Source: a virus (lineage: Duplodnaviria > Caudoviricetes). Taken from it: DNA of 49,885 nucleotides. Numbering within the stretch: position 1 is the first letter of the stretch; every line of letters begins with the position of its first letter. A program made the translations under genes and the position numbers. Of the stretch, positions 28,643 through 38,866 are shown piece after piece. The stretch is from the IMG/VR virus record IMGVR_UViG_3300044849_000022, positions 1 to 49,885 of that record; one strand, written 5' to 3'. A model generated the notes under the pieces. The model did no database searches. It had not been told where the DNA came from and saw only the letters and a list, made by a program, of their open reading frames with translations.

Positions 28643-29371
28643 CTAATTTTTCATAATTTTATGGTATTTTTCAGGTGTCCAATTCGCATTAGGCTGCATC
28701 TGTTGAAGCTGCTTTAATGCTTTTCTGTCATCACTATCTAAGTTAAACTTTTGGCTAACCGATGAACCGCCCGTAGTTGGAACATTGGGTTGCCCGCTTC
28801 CAGAATTTTTATTTCTTATTATTTCTCTTTGAACCGCGTTTATTTTTAATTCCTTTGACCTCCTGCGTGTAGTTGCAACTAACGCAAAAGCGTCTTCTAC
28901 ACTTAAGTCAACATTCTTCTTTTTAAACTCTTTTACCTTATTTTTTATGTCATCACTATATTGGACTGCATCCGCGAAGTACTCGTCAGTACTTGCAAGA
29001 TCCTTAATTTCATCGTCCAACAAGTCTTCCTCATCATACTGCCTTTTAGCGGCTTGTCTCTCTCTTATACTCGCTAGATCATCCGCTAACATACTGGCCA
29101 AATTTTCTTCATATCCAGCCTTAGTATACTTATCAATTATTTGGCCCTTATAATCCAACATATCTTGGTCATAAGTACGTTTCTCCAAATCGGCTAAACG
29201 TTTCTTGGCCTCTTTTAGAGATTTCTTGATCTCTAAATGTGTCCTTAAAGGTACGGTGTCATTACTACCCTCATCTGGGGTAGTATCATCGCTACCAGTA
29301 TCAACATCCTGAAGATCTTCATCCGTGGTTTGATCATCAAGTTCTTGATCTAATTTTTCTTCATCTGCCAT
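28643..29371 (-). CDS. Capsid scaffolding protein
   Basis: Acidic disordered N-terminus, TVPL..H, coiled coil; position. Confidence 0.75.
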   Translation of the reverse strand: MADEEKLDQELDDQTTDEDLQDVDTGSDDTTPDEGSNDTVPLRTHLEIKKSLKEAKKRLADLEKRTYDQDMLDYKGQIIDKYTKAGYEENLASMLADDLASIRERQAAKRQYDEEDLLDDEIKDLASTDEYFADAVQYSDDIKNKVKEFKKKNVDLSVEDAFALVATTRRRSKELKINAVQREIIRNKNSGSGQPNVPTTGGSSVSQKFNLDSDDRKALKQLQQMQPNANWTPEKYHKIMKN

Positions 29372-29479
29372 TTTTAATTGTCCCCTTTCTTTGGGTAAAA
29401 ACCTTTTTGATTAGGTATGGTCAAACCTAGAATTGCCGATAGAATCGTAAAAATTGGTAAAGCCAATCACTCTTCTATA

Positions 29480-29863
29480 TCATAAAGCTTGTAGCTTTTT
29501 AATAATATCTTCCTTAGAATCCTTGCTTCCAACTTCAATGTGATGCCATTCGGCCCACTTGGCTAAATCTTTCCTATTAAGATTTTCTAATTCATCCATA
29601 CGTACACATATGCCTATAGTCTGATGTAAGCGATTAACTAACAGATAATGACTCTTGTCTTTTAACTTGGCTATAACGGCCACGTTTCCACCAAAGAAGG
29701 TGTCGTCCATACCAAAATCACTTAATTTAGTTATTAATCTTTCAATCTTAGCATATCGATAATCATTATCACTTAAAGCATCTATGCCAATATGAATCAA
29801 AAATTTTCTTTTAGTATATACAGGTAAACTCGGTAAATCTTTTACCATAGTCTCATCTATCAT
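29480..29863 (-). CDS. Hypothetical protein, C-terminal HeH/Rho-N-like motif
   Basis: LENLNRKDLAKWA....I.......KEDIIKKL. Confidence 0.55.
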   Translation of the reverse strand: MIDETMVKDLPSLPVYTKRKFLIHIGIDALSDNDYRYAKIERLITKLSDFGMDDTFFGGNVAVIAKLKDKSHYLLVNRLHQTIGICVRMDELENLNRKDLAKWAEWHHIEVGSKDSKEDIIKKLQAL

Positions 29864-30066
29864 TTCTTGCTCCTTTTCTTGCCCTGGCTAGACCATGCTG
29901 CCATTTGTTCTTTGCCATACTTTTTACGGCCTACACTTGCAGCAATAGCATCCGCGGCCTTCTTTGATTTACCCTCAGATTGTATCTCTTTAGAAAGTTT
30001 ATCAAATCTACCACCGCCCCCGGGTTCCATACTCTTTTTAGTACTTTTCTTTTTAACTGCCATCAT
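29860..30066 (-). CDS. Small basic protein
   Basis: GGRF..L....AIAASVGRKKYG motif; overlapping start/stop. Confidence 0.65.
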   Translation of the reverse strand: MMAVKKKSTKKSMEPGGGGRFDKLSKEIQSEGKSKKAADAIAASVGRKKYGKEQMAAWSSQGKKRSKK

Positions 30067-30372
30067 TTACACCCCTGTCTTTTTAGTCCTTGGTGTTTTC
30101 ATTTTTATTGCCGGCATTGTGGGCTTAGTCGGTTTAGTAATACCAGCTTTTATATTACTCATATTAGTTTTCATTGTGCCCATATTGGCCTTAGCATTTG
30201 CTAAACTTGTTTTTATATTTGACTTAGCACTACTTAAAGCACTTTTGGCAGTTGTCATACTTGTCTTTAAATTATTCTTGGCTGCCCCTAAACTAGCCTT
30301 AACATTTCCTGTACCACTGCTAGTACCATTGTTATAGTTTGAACTAGCAGTAACATTTATAGACTTTTTCAT
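30067..30372 (-). CDS. Basic low-complexity protein with 11-aa periodicity
   Basis: K.SL..AK.N repeats; no acidic residues; SD GGGGGT. Confidence 0.55.
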   Translation of the reverse strand: MKKSINVTASSNYNNGTSSGTGNVKASLGAAKNNLKTSMTTAKSALSSAKSNIKTSLANAKANMGTMKTNMSNIKAGITKPTKPTMPAIKMKTPRTKKTGV

Positions 30373-30376
30373 AGTA

Positions 30377-31447
30377 TCAAACCCCCCTTATATTCTTTAT
30401 CCTTATATTAACTGGCCCCTTATCAAGCCATGTATGTGCATTTTCACATGTCCAATTGTATGACGTATTGTGCAATACTCTTGTTAAAGCTGTACTACCG
30501 CATTGTGGACATAAACTAGAATCTGTATAAGCTAAATTGACCTCAACACTTCTGGCATATCCTACACGCTGTTTATATTGTCTAGAATAAGTATTTACTT
30601 TATGAGTGGTTCGTGTTATTACTGGCGTCTGAACTTCAACACTAATATTAGCAGCATTTTCAACACTTAATTTAGTTTGACTAGTTACTGTCGGCACCTG
30701 AACCGCAACATCAATATTAGCTACATCACTAACCTGTAAATTAACCTGACTTGATACTGTTGGTACTTGTACCGCAACATCAACATTAGCAACATTACCA
30801 ACATTTACTGTAACCTGAGTCGCTACATTTGGAACCTGAGCCGCAACATCAATATTAGCTACATTACTAACCTGTAAATTAACCTGGCTGGATATTGTTG
30901 GTACTTGTGCCGCAACATTGACATTAGCAACATTACTGACCTCTACGGTTGTACTGCCCACTTCGCCATATACTTCAAATATCAAATCTCTTGCTGTACT
31001 ACCTGACCAACTCCCCGATGCATTCGATGCATATGTTCCACTATGAGCCGGAGCATCTCCATCATAACCAAACTTAAAGTTATTAGACTCTCCCGCCTCT
31101 GCTTCTAGAACTATGCAATAATGTGTATCTGCACTCATCGCATATGGAGTACTAAAGGTATATGTTATCAATGTACTGGATCCTTCGTTTACAACAACAT
31201 TATCCGATGTTGCCAGTGCTGAACCCGTGGGAACTCCGTTACTTGTTCCATAGGTCCCTGTATGAGCAAATAATTTTGCTCTAGTAGTAACATTTCCCGT
31301 ATCCGTATACACATAAAATTTACATGATGCTAGATTATATGCAGTATCCGCAGGAGTTGTAAAACTCTGTGCCCTTGACTCAGTGGCCGCTGCTGTTGTA
31401 CTAGCAGTATAATTACTGGAAGCATAGCTATCAAGTAAAGTTGCCAT
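30377..31447 (-). CDS. Virion surface protein with five 23-aa repeats
   Basis: VSNVANIDVAAQVPTVSSQVNLQ repeats; N-terminal beta domain (AQSFT...DLIFEVY). Confidence 0.7.
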   Translation of the reverse strand: MATLLDSYASSNYTASTTAAATESRAQSFTTPADTAYNLASCKFYVYTDTGNVTTRAKLFAHTGTYGTSNGVPTGSALATSDNVVVNEGSSTLITYTFSTPYAMSADTHYCIVLEAEAGESNNFKFGYDGDAPAHSGTYASNASGSWSGSTARDLIFEVYGEVGSTTVEVSNVANVNVAAQVPTISSQVNLQVSNVANIDVAAQVPNVATQVTVNVGNVANVDVAVQVPTVSSQVNLQVSDVANIDVAVQVPTVTSQTKLSVENAANISVEVQTPVITRTTHKVNTYSRQYKQRVGYARSVEVNLAYTDSSLCPQCGSTALTRVLHNTSYNWTCENAHTWLDKGPVNIRIKNIRGV

Positions 31448-31458
31448 TTATACCACCC

Positions 31459-31902
31459 CTATGCTACAGTAAATGTTACGATTCCCGCAGCATTCCAGGT
31501 AATTACTAAATCTCCGGCCACCGGACTTACATCGGCCCCAAAATCAACATAAGCAATCAGACGATTGGCTCCAGCACTACCACCAGACGCATCATACACT
31601 ACCGCATACCTAGCGGTAAGAGTTACCGCACTAAAAGTTACGCTGCCAGCTGAAAATTTAGCTACATTTGTTCCTGCGGTATACCCTGTTGTTTTAGATG
31701 CTAAAGTATTTCCACCAGTTGTATAATTTGTCCCACTACTGGAAACCTCATTAGTTAAATCATCTTGAAAATCATGTGTATCTTGATCGGGACTATACGA
31801 AGATGTATGTAATGAAACCTTTATTGTATCACTATCCCAATCAACCTCTTTATTCAGTATGCCTAGTACAAGATTACCATATGCTTTTACAGTTACAGAC
31901 AT
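31459..31902 (-). CDS. Virion structural protein
   Basis: DWDSDTIKVSL...NEVS..GTNYTTGG...ARYAVVYD...LIAYVDFG is a common phage structural pattern. Confidence 0.7.
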   Translation of the reverse strand: MSVTVKAYGNLVLGILNKEVDWDSDTIKVSLHTSSYSPDQDTHDFQDDLTNEVSSSGTNYTTGGNTLASKTTGYTAGTNVAKFSAGSVTFSAVTLTARYAVVYDASGGSAGANRLIAYVDFGADVSPVAGDLVITWNAAGIVTFTVA

Positions 31903-31914
31903 TCTAGCATCCCC

Positions 31915-32307
31915 CTAACCAATCTGCTGACCTATATTATTAAACTCTGGTAAATAAATAAACCTTTTCATCTTATCCCTGTGCTTATCTACAATAGCCA
32001 TTTTCCTGAATGTATCCCCCGTTTCATCAACATCCATCCTTGAAGCCAAATAGGTACTGTATGTGATCGGACTTTTCGTAATTGCCCCGCAACTACGGCA
32101 TACCCCTACTATTTTTTGTGTGTACGAATCTTTATGCCATAAACCCAACTTTTCGCAATGCCCGCATACCGGAAGTTTAGTTAAAGGAAAACGGCCTTCT
32201 ATCATAGTCATCTGAGCAATATCTTGATCTGATAGAACATGCTTCAAATGCTTATTTCCATCAAATATAACGTTAATTATATTATTGTGCTGTTGGGCTG
32301 TTGCCAT
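31915..32307 (-). CDS. Hypothetical protein with CxxC...CxxC
   Basis: CGHC and CRSC; overlaps the portal stop. Confidence 0.6.
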   Translation of the reverse strand: MATAQQHNNIINVIFDGNKHLKHVLSDQDIAQMTMIEGRFPLTKLPVCGHCEKLGLWHKDSYTQKIVGVCRSCGAITKSPITYSTYLASRMDVDETGDTFRKMAIVDKHRDKMKRFIYLPEFNNIGQQIG

Positions 32308-34234
32308 TTTGCATACTTCCTTCCTGCGCGTAAGCTGATGTCATCGGACTTCCTCCTGCTCCTAATCCTTCGGTATTTTCCTGTCCACCAGGTAAAACCG
32401 ATAAGTTAGGTTGCTGCCCCTGTTGCCCTCCGGATATAGATTGCTGCTGTGCCTGTTGATTACGATAATTCTCCATGAATTTCTCCATATCATCACTTTC
32501 TTGAATCGGAACACCTAAATATACCTTAATGAATTCTCGGAGTTCTTTATAATCAAGAAGCGGCTTTTGTGTTGGCTGCCCCTCTGATGTATCCATAGAC
32601 ATGATCTGGCTTAATCGCTCGATCATTTGCCATAGGAAAGCCTTGTTCTTAGGTAATCCTGACCCAATAGATACCTTAATATCTAACTCAACATTTTTAG
32701 TAATTGGTCTACCTTTTTCATCCTTAACATGCATCCACGTTGGCTGTTGGGCCTTCGGATTTCTAGCCCTGAACTTTTCCTTATATGATTCTGAAGCCGG
32801 TTGTAATGCCGGAACATTAGTCATTTGCTTAAAATCTACCCATTCGTATTTCGCTTGATCCCCCGATATTCTAAAAGCTTTGGCACCCTTAAATAACTCC
32901 ATTAGCATAGCCAACATGTAAACAGCTACATCCTGTAGTGTTGACTCAACTATCATCTTCTCCCTCTCAGAATGAGAATTACCTTGACTCTGTTGTATGG
33001 CTGCTTCTGTTGCTGTTTGAGTTGCTCCCTGCTGCCCTGTCATAAGATCCGAAAATCTTATAATACGTTGGGCTTCAGAATGAATATTTTCAAGCATTTT
33101 CCACATATCCGGTGTTATCTGACCCCATGCTATGGAATATATCGGTACCATCCCGCGCATCTTTTGGCCATTGAAATAGTATGGACTAAAAGAATTATCG
33201 TCAAATCCTGAAACATCAATATCTGAATTGCTGTCAACAACTATGATATTCGGTCGCATCTGAATTCTAATCTTGTCATACATTTCATTTAGACAATTTT
33301 GCATGGGTATTAACAGTTTAGCATCACCAAATCCGTAAAATTCCCCTTCTTTGGTGTATTTAACTGTAAAGAAATATGGATATTTATTATCAACATACTT
33401 ATAAAAAGGTTTTGGAGAATAAGCGGAATTAGCATCCTGAGTTTTTCTTGTGCCTTCTTTGTGAGAATCATAAAGAAGGACCCCACAAGCTGAAATCTCT
33501 TGTAAACGCAGGATACCATTTGGCTTAGACCACCATTGAATAAGTGTCCAATTGCGTTCATCAATGTTGCTGGGATCCTCTACAAAAACACCATTATCTC
33601 TATACTGATTTAAGCCGTAATCAATTAAAGCCGCTTTTTCTTCGCCATATGTCTGTTCAGCATATGACCGGCTTAAATTTATTGTTTCGGCTATATATTC
33701 AGCATCTTCTTTATCTAGATGTGACGCAACTTTGCGATCGATAAACACCTTATTTAAGGGTGGTACTTTAATCTCCGGTAAGCCTTGGCCTCCCGCGAAT
33801 CCTTCATTAAATACCAGCTTAAACCAGGACGATCCAAATTTATTGCGCCTTCTCTCGTGTTCGGTAAGTTTCTTTGGTAACTTGTTTTTTTCCAGACTCC
33901 ACTCTAAACCAATCCTACCCCATTCGGCATACTCTTGGTCTTCCGGTGAAACACCTTGACAAGTCAATGACGTGTTGGGATTAACTATTTGTGCAATTAT
34001 TCCTTCTACAGAAGCATTGACAATATTAACCTTACTATTTGGAAGTCCTTCAATTTCTTCTTGATCTGATCCATACGCAAGTTCTTCTTTTGCCCATTGT
34101 GCATATTTATCTTGCATATGTCCTACATTATCGTTTAACAAAGCAATACAATCATTCACATACCGAAGCTCATCTTCAGACATGATTGTATGCCTCTTTA
34201 GATCCTTTTGGGATCTCCACTTGTTTTCTTCCAT
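32282..34234 (-). CDS. Portal protein (P22-like)
   Basis: 650 aa; NIVNASVEG, EFYGFG, TATEAAI, DIKVSIGSGLP; Gln-rich tail. Confidence 0.85.
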   Translation of the reverse strand: MEENKWRSQKDLKRHTIMSEDELRYVNDCIALLNDNVGHMQDKYAQWAKEELAYGSDQEEIEGLPNSKVNIVNASVEGIIAQIVNPNTSLTCQGVSPEDQEYAEWGRIGLEWSLEKNKLPKKLTEHERRRNKFGSSWFKLVFNEGFAGGQGLPEIKVPPLNKVFIDRKVASHLDKEDAEYIAETINLSRSYAEQTYGEEKAALIDYGLNQYRDNGVFVEDPSNIDERNWTLIQWWSKPNGILRLQEISACGVLLYDSHKEGTRKTQDANSAYSPKPFYKYVDNKYPYFFTVKYTKEGEFYGFGDAKLLIPMQNCLNEMYDKIRIQMRPNIIVVDSNSDIDVSGFDDNSFSPYYFNGQKMRGMVPIYSIAWGQITPDMWKMLENIHSEAQRIIRFSDLMTGQQGATQTATEAAIQQSQGNSHSEREKMIVESTLQDVAVYMLAMLMELFKGAKAFRISGDQAKYEWVDFKQMTNVPALQPASESYKEKFRARNPKAQQPTWMHVKDEKGRPITKNVELDIKVSIGSGLPKNKAFLWQMIERLSQIMSMDTSEGQPTQKPLLDYKELREFIKVYLGVPIQESDDMEKFMENYRNQQAQQQSISGGQQGQQPNLSVLPGGQENTEGLGAGGSPMTSAYAQEGSMQNGNSPTAQ

Positions 34235-34259
34235 TCTACCGTACTACCATTCTACAAAC

Positions 34260-34472
34260 TTACTTAATTCTTGGAGTTCTGTTTGTATACAAACCCCTTA
34301 TATTCCTGAATTCATCTAAATCTGGTTTTTCTTTTTCTTCAAGTTGTTGCTCTAGACGCCGCAGCGTTTTACGAATAATACAAGAATGCTTAATCTCGTC
34401 AAGTATCAAGTATATACAAACTAAAACACAAACCAGATTAAATAATGAAATTAACAATACTGCTATGTCCAT
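34260..34472 (-). CDS. Small membrane-anchored protein
   Basis: N-terminal TM helix followed by coiled coil. Confidence 0.55.
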   Translation of the reverse strand: MDIAVLLISLFNLVCVLVCIYLILDEIKHSCIIRKTLRRLEQQLEEKEKPDLDEFRNIRGLYTNRTPRIK

Positions 34473-34478
34473 AATATA

Positions 34479-35162
34479 CTACCCCCGTTCTTGTTTCAAT
34501 AGTTTTTCACAAATATTTAAATCATTCTGAGTATTTATGTCTACCGATTCCCACATATTCATGGTGTATATATGGGAAGGATTGACAAAAATAGACTTCT
34601 GGTTAATAAAGTAATTAACTGCGAATATGTATATACTAGAATTTCTGACATAGGCTAGATCATCCCTTATAAATCCAGTACCAAATATACTTGAAAAATT
34701 ACTATTATATAGTAGACCTTTTGGCATTTCAAAGGCACTAACTAGTCCCGGAAGTCCTCCATGCCTGTATATATCAATTGCTTCATTGATATGCTGTGCT
34801 GTTCTTAATGGGCATGTTGGCTGTAATAGACACACTGTCTCAAATTCTCTCATCGTAAATTCTTTTGATCCAGTAACCCGCAAAAAATGCTCAATATACT
34901 CTGTATAAGGGGATCCGTCTTCGCATAAATCATTTGGTCTACGAATAACTATAAGTTTCTTAAACTCAGATAAATTTAATCCAGCATCCTCTAAGTCATC
35001 CCTGTCGTAATCTGATGTTAAATAATATGTTTCCAATTCTGATTCTTCCGCGGCATTTAAGGTATACCATAGAAGCGGTTTTCCGCATAAATCAATTAAA
35101 GCTTTTCCCGGTACTCTTTTGCTGCCTTTTCGGCAAGGTATCAGTCCTACCATCAAAATCAC
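34479..35162 (-). CDS. neuA: Acylneuraminate cytidylyltransferase (CMP-sialic acid synthetase)
   Basis: IPCRKGSKRVPGK, GKPLL, RRP..L..D, LLQPTCPLR, NSSIY, SVDINT..D. Confidence 0.92.
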   Translation of the reverse strand: MILMVGLIPCRKGSKRVPGKALIDLCGKPLLWYTLNAAEESELETYYLTSDYDRDDLEDAGLNLSEFKKLIVIRRPNDLCEDGSPYTEYIEHFLRVTGSKEFTMREFETVCLLQPTCPLRTAQHINEAIDIYRHGGLPGLVSAFEMPKGLLYNSNFSSIFGTGFIRDDLAYVRNSSIYIFAVNYFINQKSIFVNPSHIYTMNMWESVDINTQNDLNICEKLLKQERG

Positions 35163-36207
35163 TCCTTAAAAATCTATCAATAGCTAATAAACACTTTGCA
35201 GTTACATCCTTGTTCCCAAATAATCCGGTGTACTCAAAGCAATATTTCCCGTCTACAAAATCCTCATATGCTTCTAAAACGTCGTCTAAAGTTTTAACTA
35301 CAGTAACATTCTTATCCATTTCCCGGTTTGCTTGCCTATTGGGAAATAAAAAATACTGCTTTTCTAATGCTGCTGCCTCTTTAATCCCGCTTGATGAGTT
35401 ACCTATAATAAACTGACAATTAGCCATTTCTGTTAAATACTCATCTAACGGCAAATTCTTAAAAAAAGTAACTCTTTTATCCCGCTCCGTAAATATATGA
35501 ATCATTCTGGCAATATGTTTATTTCCCGGGTCTATATTTGGATTAATCCAATGTATATCCATTTCCCGAATTATTTCCAAAAATTCAAGCAGTATATTTA
35601 ACTCCCCGCTATCTGTCGGATTGTAAACTACCAGGATATAATCCTCTACTTTTCTCTTTTTAAAACAATTCTTATTTCTAAGTACATACTCTACTGCGGG
35701 AGAACCAACAAAAACAGGTCTTGTCCTTCCACCCGTTCGCCCACCTAAATTAGACATGGCGTTTATTGTTGGAGCCAGATGTAGACTAGCCAATGATGTA
35801 ATAGCCCATCTTATTTTATCGTCAATATTTCCCGAATATTCCCCAGCTTCCATGTGAACCAAAGGTAAATCTGAAAAGCTACAGGCCACGGCAAAACCCA
35901 GTGTTTCAAAACGATCCCCGTGACATATGGCTAAATCATAGGTATTGTTAACTAAATGGTTTTGTACCTGTATTGCAACTAACGACATGGTCGTTGTCAT
36001 GTTATCTAAGGTATCCGTTAACATATCGGCTCTTATAACTTGTTTAATTAACTTTTCAATATAGATTGGTAAATGCAGACCTACGGCTGTACAAGCTAAG
36101 CATATCGAAACATCATATGTCTCTTGTAAGCCTAGTATTAATTGATGCAGTCGGCCATAGTTAGACCGACTGCCAATGAAAACTAAAACTTTTATTTTGT
36201 TTTCCAC
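35092..36207 (-). CDS. neuC: UDP-N-acetylglucosamine 2-epimerase (hydrolysing)
   Basis: GSRSNYG, GDRFE, H.EAGE.SG.IDDKIR.AIT.LA, PNIDPG, GNSSSGIKEA, RQ..RE. Confidence 0.92.
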   Translation of the reverse strand: MENKIKVLVFIGSRSNYGRLHQLILGLQETYDVSICLACTAVGLHLPIYIEKLIKQVIRADMLTDTLDNMTTTMSLVAIQVQNHLVNNTYDLAICHGDRFETLGFAVACSFSDLPLVHMEAGEYSGNIDDKIRWAITSLASLHLAPTINAMSNLGGRTGGRTRPVFVGSPAVEYVLRNKNCFKKRKVEDYILVVYNPTDSGELNILLEFLEIIREMDIHWINPNIDPGNKHIARMIHIFTERDKRVTFFKNLPLDEYLTEMANCQFIIGNSSSGIKEAAALEKQYFLFPNRQANREMDKNVTVVKTLDDVLEAYEDFVDGKYCFEYTGLFGNKDVTAKCLLAIDRFLRSDFDGRTDTLPKRQQKSTGKSFN

Positions 36208-36209
36208 TG

Positions 36210-36647
36210 TTACTCCTTCTTGCTAGAAACCTTTCTTACAAATAACATAAAACTTCCTATCCCCAGTAATACTAAGATCCCAGCGATTATATAAATAATA
36301 AATGGTTCCTCTTGCCCTGTTTGTGGCATTGTAATAGGACTTGTTGTGACTAATGTTGATGCTGGCTCTAAACTTGGTATTGGTGTAATAATGGGACTGC
36401 TATCATCTGTGATAATACTACATTCAAACTTATCTAATTTCGGATCCGGAACGTCACCCTTACATGTTACAATCCATCCTGCATATTTCCCCTGATGATA
36501 ATGGTAGGTTCCGACTATAAATCCTTTTCCCGGTTTTCTAACATAATGGCCTCCTAAACTATCTAACCCGCCTGAATGCGCATATGCCATCCCTGTACCC
36601 ATTACTACAAAGATAACTACTAAAACTAAACATAATAACTTTTTCAA
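36210..36647 (-). CDS. Secreted YHYH-domain protein with a sortase-type anchor
   Basis: Signal peptide ending AYA; HSGGLDSLGGH...YHYH; P/S/T linker; MPQTG, then TM helix and RK tail. Confidence 0.8.
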   Translation of the reverse strand: MKKLLCLVLVVIFVVMGTGMAYAHSGGLDSLGGHYVRKPGKGFIVGTYHYHQGKYAGWIVTCKGDVPDPKLDKFECSIITDDSSPIITPIPSLEPASTLVTTSPITMPQTGQEEPFIIYIIAGILVLLGIGSFMLFVRKVSSKKE

Positions 36648-36690
36648 TTGTATCTCTCCTTTTTTCTTCTAAATTTATGTAAATTATATA

Positions 36691-37929
36691 TTATACGATA
36701 TTATTTTGCAACAAATGTGAAATATCGGCGTTAATCCCCTGATATCCTTGAATTGCAAATTCATAGTTTTTCTGAGCCCTCTCAAATGTCTTTTTTTGAA
36801 TATATTCAACCCGTTTTCTATCACGCTTTTGGGCTAGTAATTTCCTTTTATTATCCTCAAAAACTTTTATATCCCGCTCAATATCTTGATTTTGCTTTTC
36901 AATATTTTTAATAAGCTCATCTTTCTTCGCCATGATAGTTTTCAAATCTTTCGGCATACTTCTAAAAAACTGCATAATTATTTCATTATTCTTGTGAAGG
37001 GTTATATCCAACTTTATCATTTCATCATCGATTCTTTGTAACCCATTATCGATTTGAAGTATGGATTGGTTATATGCTTGATGCTGCTCTTCCCGTTCAA
37101 ACTCGTTGATGATTATTTGCTGATCAATATCTTTAATACTACTTTTCATTGTCTTTGAACGTTTTTTCAAAAGCATACGAGCGCGATTATCTGTTTCAAA
37201 CCCATAGAACCCGGGATATTTACAAAGTTCACTTGTTAACGGGATCAAAACCTTTATACCACATCCCGTCGCATATCCTATAAAGAATTGACAACTGGAT
37301 CTCTGCCATGCATATTCACTCCATTGAGCCATATCAACCCCGTAAATATGTATCTCTTTGTAACCTAACATAATGGCCATTGCGGTCATTACGGAAATCT
37401 GATTTGAGTAGTCTGAAAAACTGCCCCCTACTTTATCTATAACAAAATTCTGGTTAAAAAAATCTATAATAGCATCCTTGGGAATAGGAATGCTATTTGG
37501 AATCCAATCATAATGCTGCTGCATTAGAACTGGTTTATCCCATTTCTTCATCCACTCGTGGTGTGCCGGGATATTCCTGGTGGGCGAAAATGGATTATGT
37601 ATTTCAAACCAGGCAGTAAATCTTCTCATTCTACCGTATTCCTTAATAACCTGTAGATACAGCTCATTTATACCCCATATATCAAATGTTTCATCATCCC
37701 AGGGAGTCTCATTCCATGATGGCGCAAAACCCACAATGCATAACTTATCCTTAGTTTTAACCTTTTGGATTTCTTCCGGTAAACATTTACCAGATTCAAA
37801 TAGTTGGCCCTGTTTCTCCCGGTACATTTTCTCTTTATCTTCATTATATAAACTATATATCTTATCACCCATTGCCTCTAATTTCTGCTCTGTTTTTTGT
37901 TCCTCTATCTTATTTTCTAAACTCATCAA
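36691..37929 (-). CDS. Putative Maf/sialyltransferase-like glycosyltransferase with C-terminal coiled coil
   Basis: CIVGFAPS, IWGIN, A..LGYKEIHIYGVDM match the G.GPS / N / GY..IYL.G.D pattern of the Maf (DUF115)/GT42 fold. Confidence 0.65.
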   Translation of the reverse strand: MMSLENKIEEQKTEQKLEAMGDKIYSLYNEDKEKMYREKQGQLFESGKCLPEEIQKVKTKDKLCIVGFAPSWNETPWDDETFDIWGINELYLQVIKEYGRMRRFTAWFEIHNPFSPTRNIPAHHEWMKKWDKPVLMQQHYDWIPNSIPIPKDAIIDFFNQNFVIDKVGGSFSDYSNQISVMTAMAIMLGYKEIHIYGVDMAQWSEYAWQRSSCQFFIGYATGCGIKVLIPLTSELCKYPGFYGFETDNRARMLLKKRSKTMKSSIKDIDQQIIINEFEREEQHQAYNQSILQIDNGLQRIDDEMIKLDITLHKNNEIIMQFFRSMPKDLKTIMAKKDELIKNIEKQNQDIERDIKVFEDNKRKLLAQKRDRKRVEYIQKKTFERAQKNYEFAIQGYQGINADISHLLQNNIV

Positions 37930-38857
37930 AATCTATTAACTCCTCCCTCATTTTAAATATATTATCCTGTGTTTCTAAAAACTTCTTTGTTTTCTCTAGT
38001 ACTTCCATCCTTAGTTTAGGTATTTCCCTACTGTTTGACCTATAAACTTCATCGGTAATTTTTTGCAGTATAATATACTGCTTATCGCCCATTTCCTCTT
38101 GAATAAGATTACCCTTTAGTACCCCGTATCCAGCCTCATAACACGTATTCAGAAAAGAATACGAAGAAAAGTGATAAATATGGGCATTCGAAAACCACTG
38201 ATCCTTACACATACTTATAAATTTTGTGTATATTATGGGTACACTTAAAACTACTTTAGTTGCCGGATGACATAGACTTCTTAATTCTTTCATGAATACT
38301 ATCGGATTATATACATGTTCCAGTGTATTGTTACAAATTATTAAATCAAAGTCCCGATGATCCGGAAATACATTATAATTTTTACTAGAAGCAGGTAATC
38401 CTGGTTCATATGTAAAAACTTCTGCTTTTGGAACATGGTGTTCTATAAGTTCTATAGATTCAACATCACCCGATCCGACTATTAAAACTTGCAATTTATC
38501 ATGATTACTGGAAAATACATTATCTCCCACATCACTAAATACAAAACCTAATGTATTCAGAATATGTAATCGAATAGCACCTTCAGGAATCGGGTATATC
38601 TTACGATATTCAGATATGCCATCGACTTCTTGATAGAATTGGTTTAAAGATCTGATTGTCATTGGCTCATATTCTTGAGCCAATCCACATAGACACATAA
38701 CAGTCTTACCGTGAATCATTTTACCGCTATTGTCTAAAATATATTTCGAATCAATTTCATCTGATGACTTTATGGTTTTATCCCATAAAATCAGTCCTCT
38801 GTCTAAGTCTCTGCCGCATAAAAAACATTTATGTTTCATAGTTTCATATATCATCAC
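37910..38857 (-). CDS. Class I SAM-dependent methyltransferase (glycan-cluster type)
   Basis: N-terminal CxxC...CxC; VLIVGSGD; FDLII....LEHV.NP; H.YHFS. Confidence 0.8.
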   Translation of the reverse strand: MMIYETMKHKCFLCGRDLDRGLILWDKTIKSSDEIDSKYILDNSGKMIHGKTVMCLCGLAQEYEPMTIRSLNQFYQEVDGISEYRKIYPIPEGAIRLHILNTLGFVFSDVGDNVFSSNHDKLQVLIVGSGDVESIELIEHHVPKAEVFTYEPGLPASSKNYNVFPDHRDFDLIICNNTLEHVYNPIVFMKELRSLCHPATKVVLSVPIIYTKFISMCKDQWFSNAHIYHFSSYSFLNTCYEAGYGVLKGNLIQEEMGDKQYIILQKITDEVYRSNSREIPKLRMEVLEKTKKFLETQDNIFKMREELIDFDEFRK

Positions 38858-38866
38858 TATTCTCCT

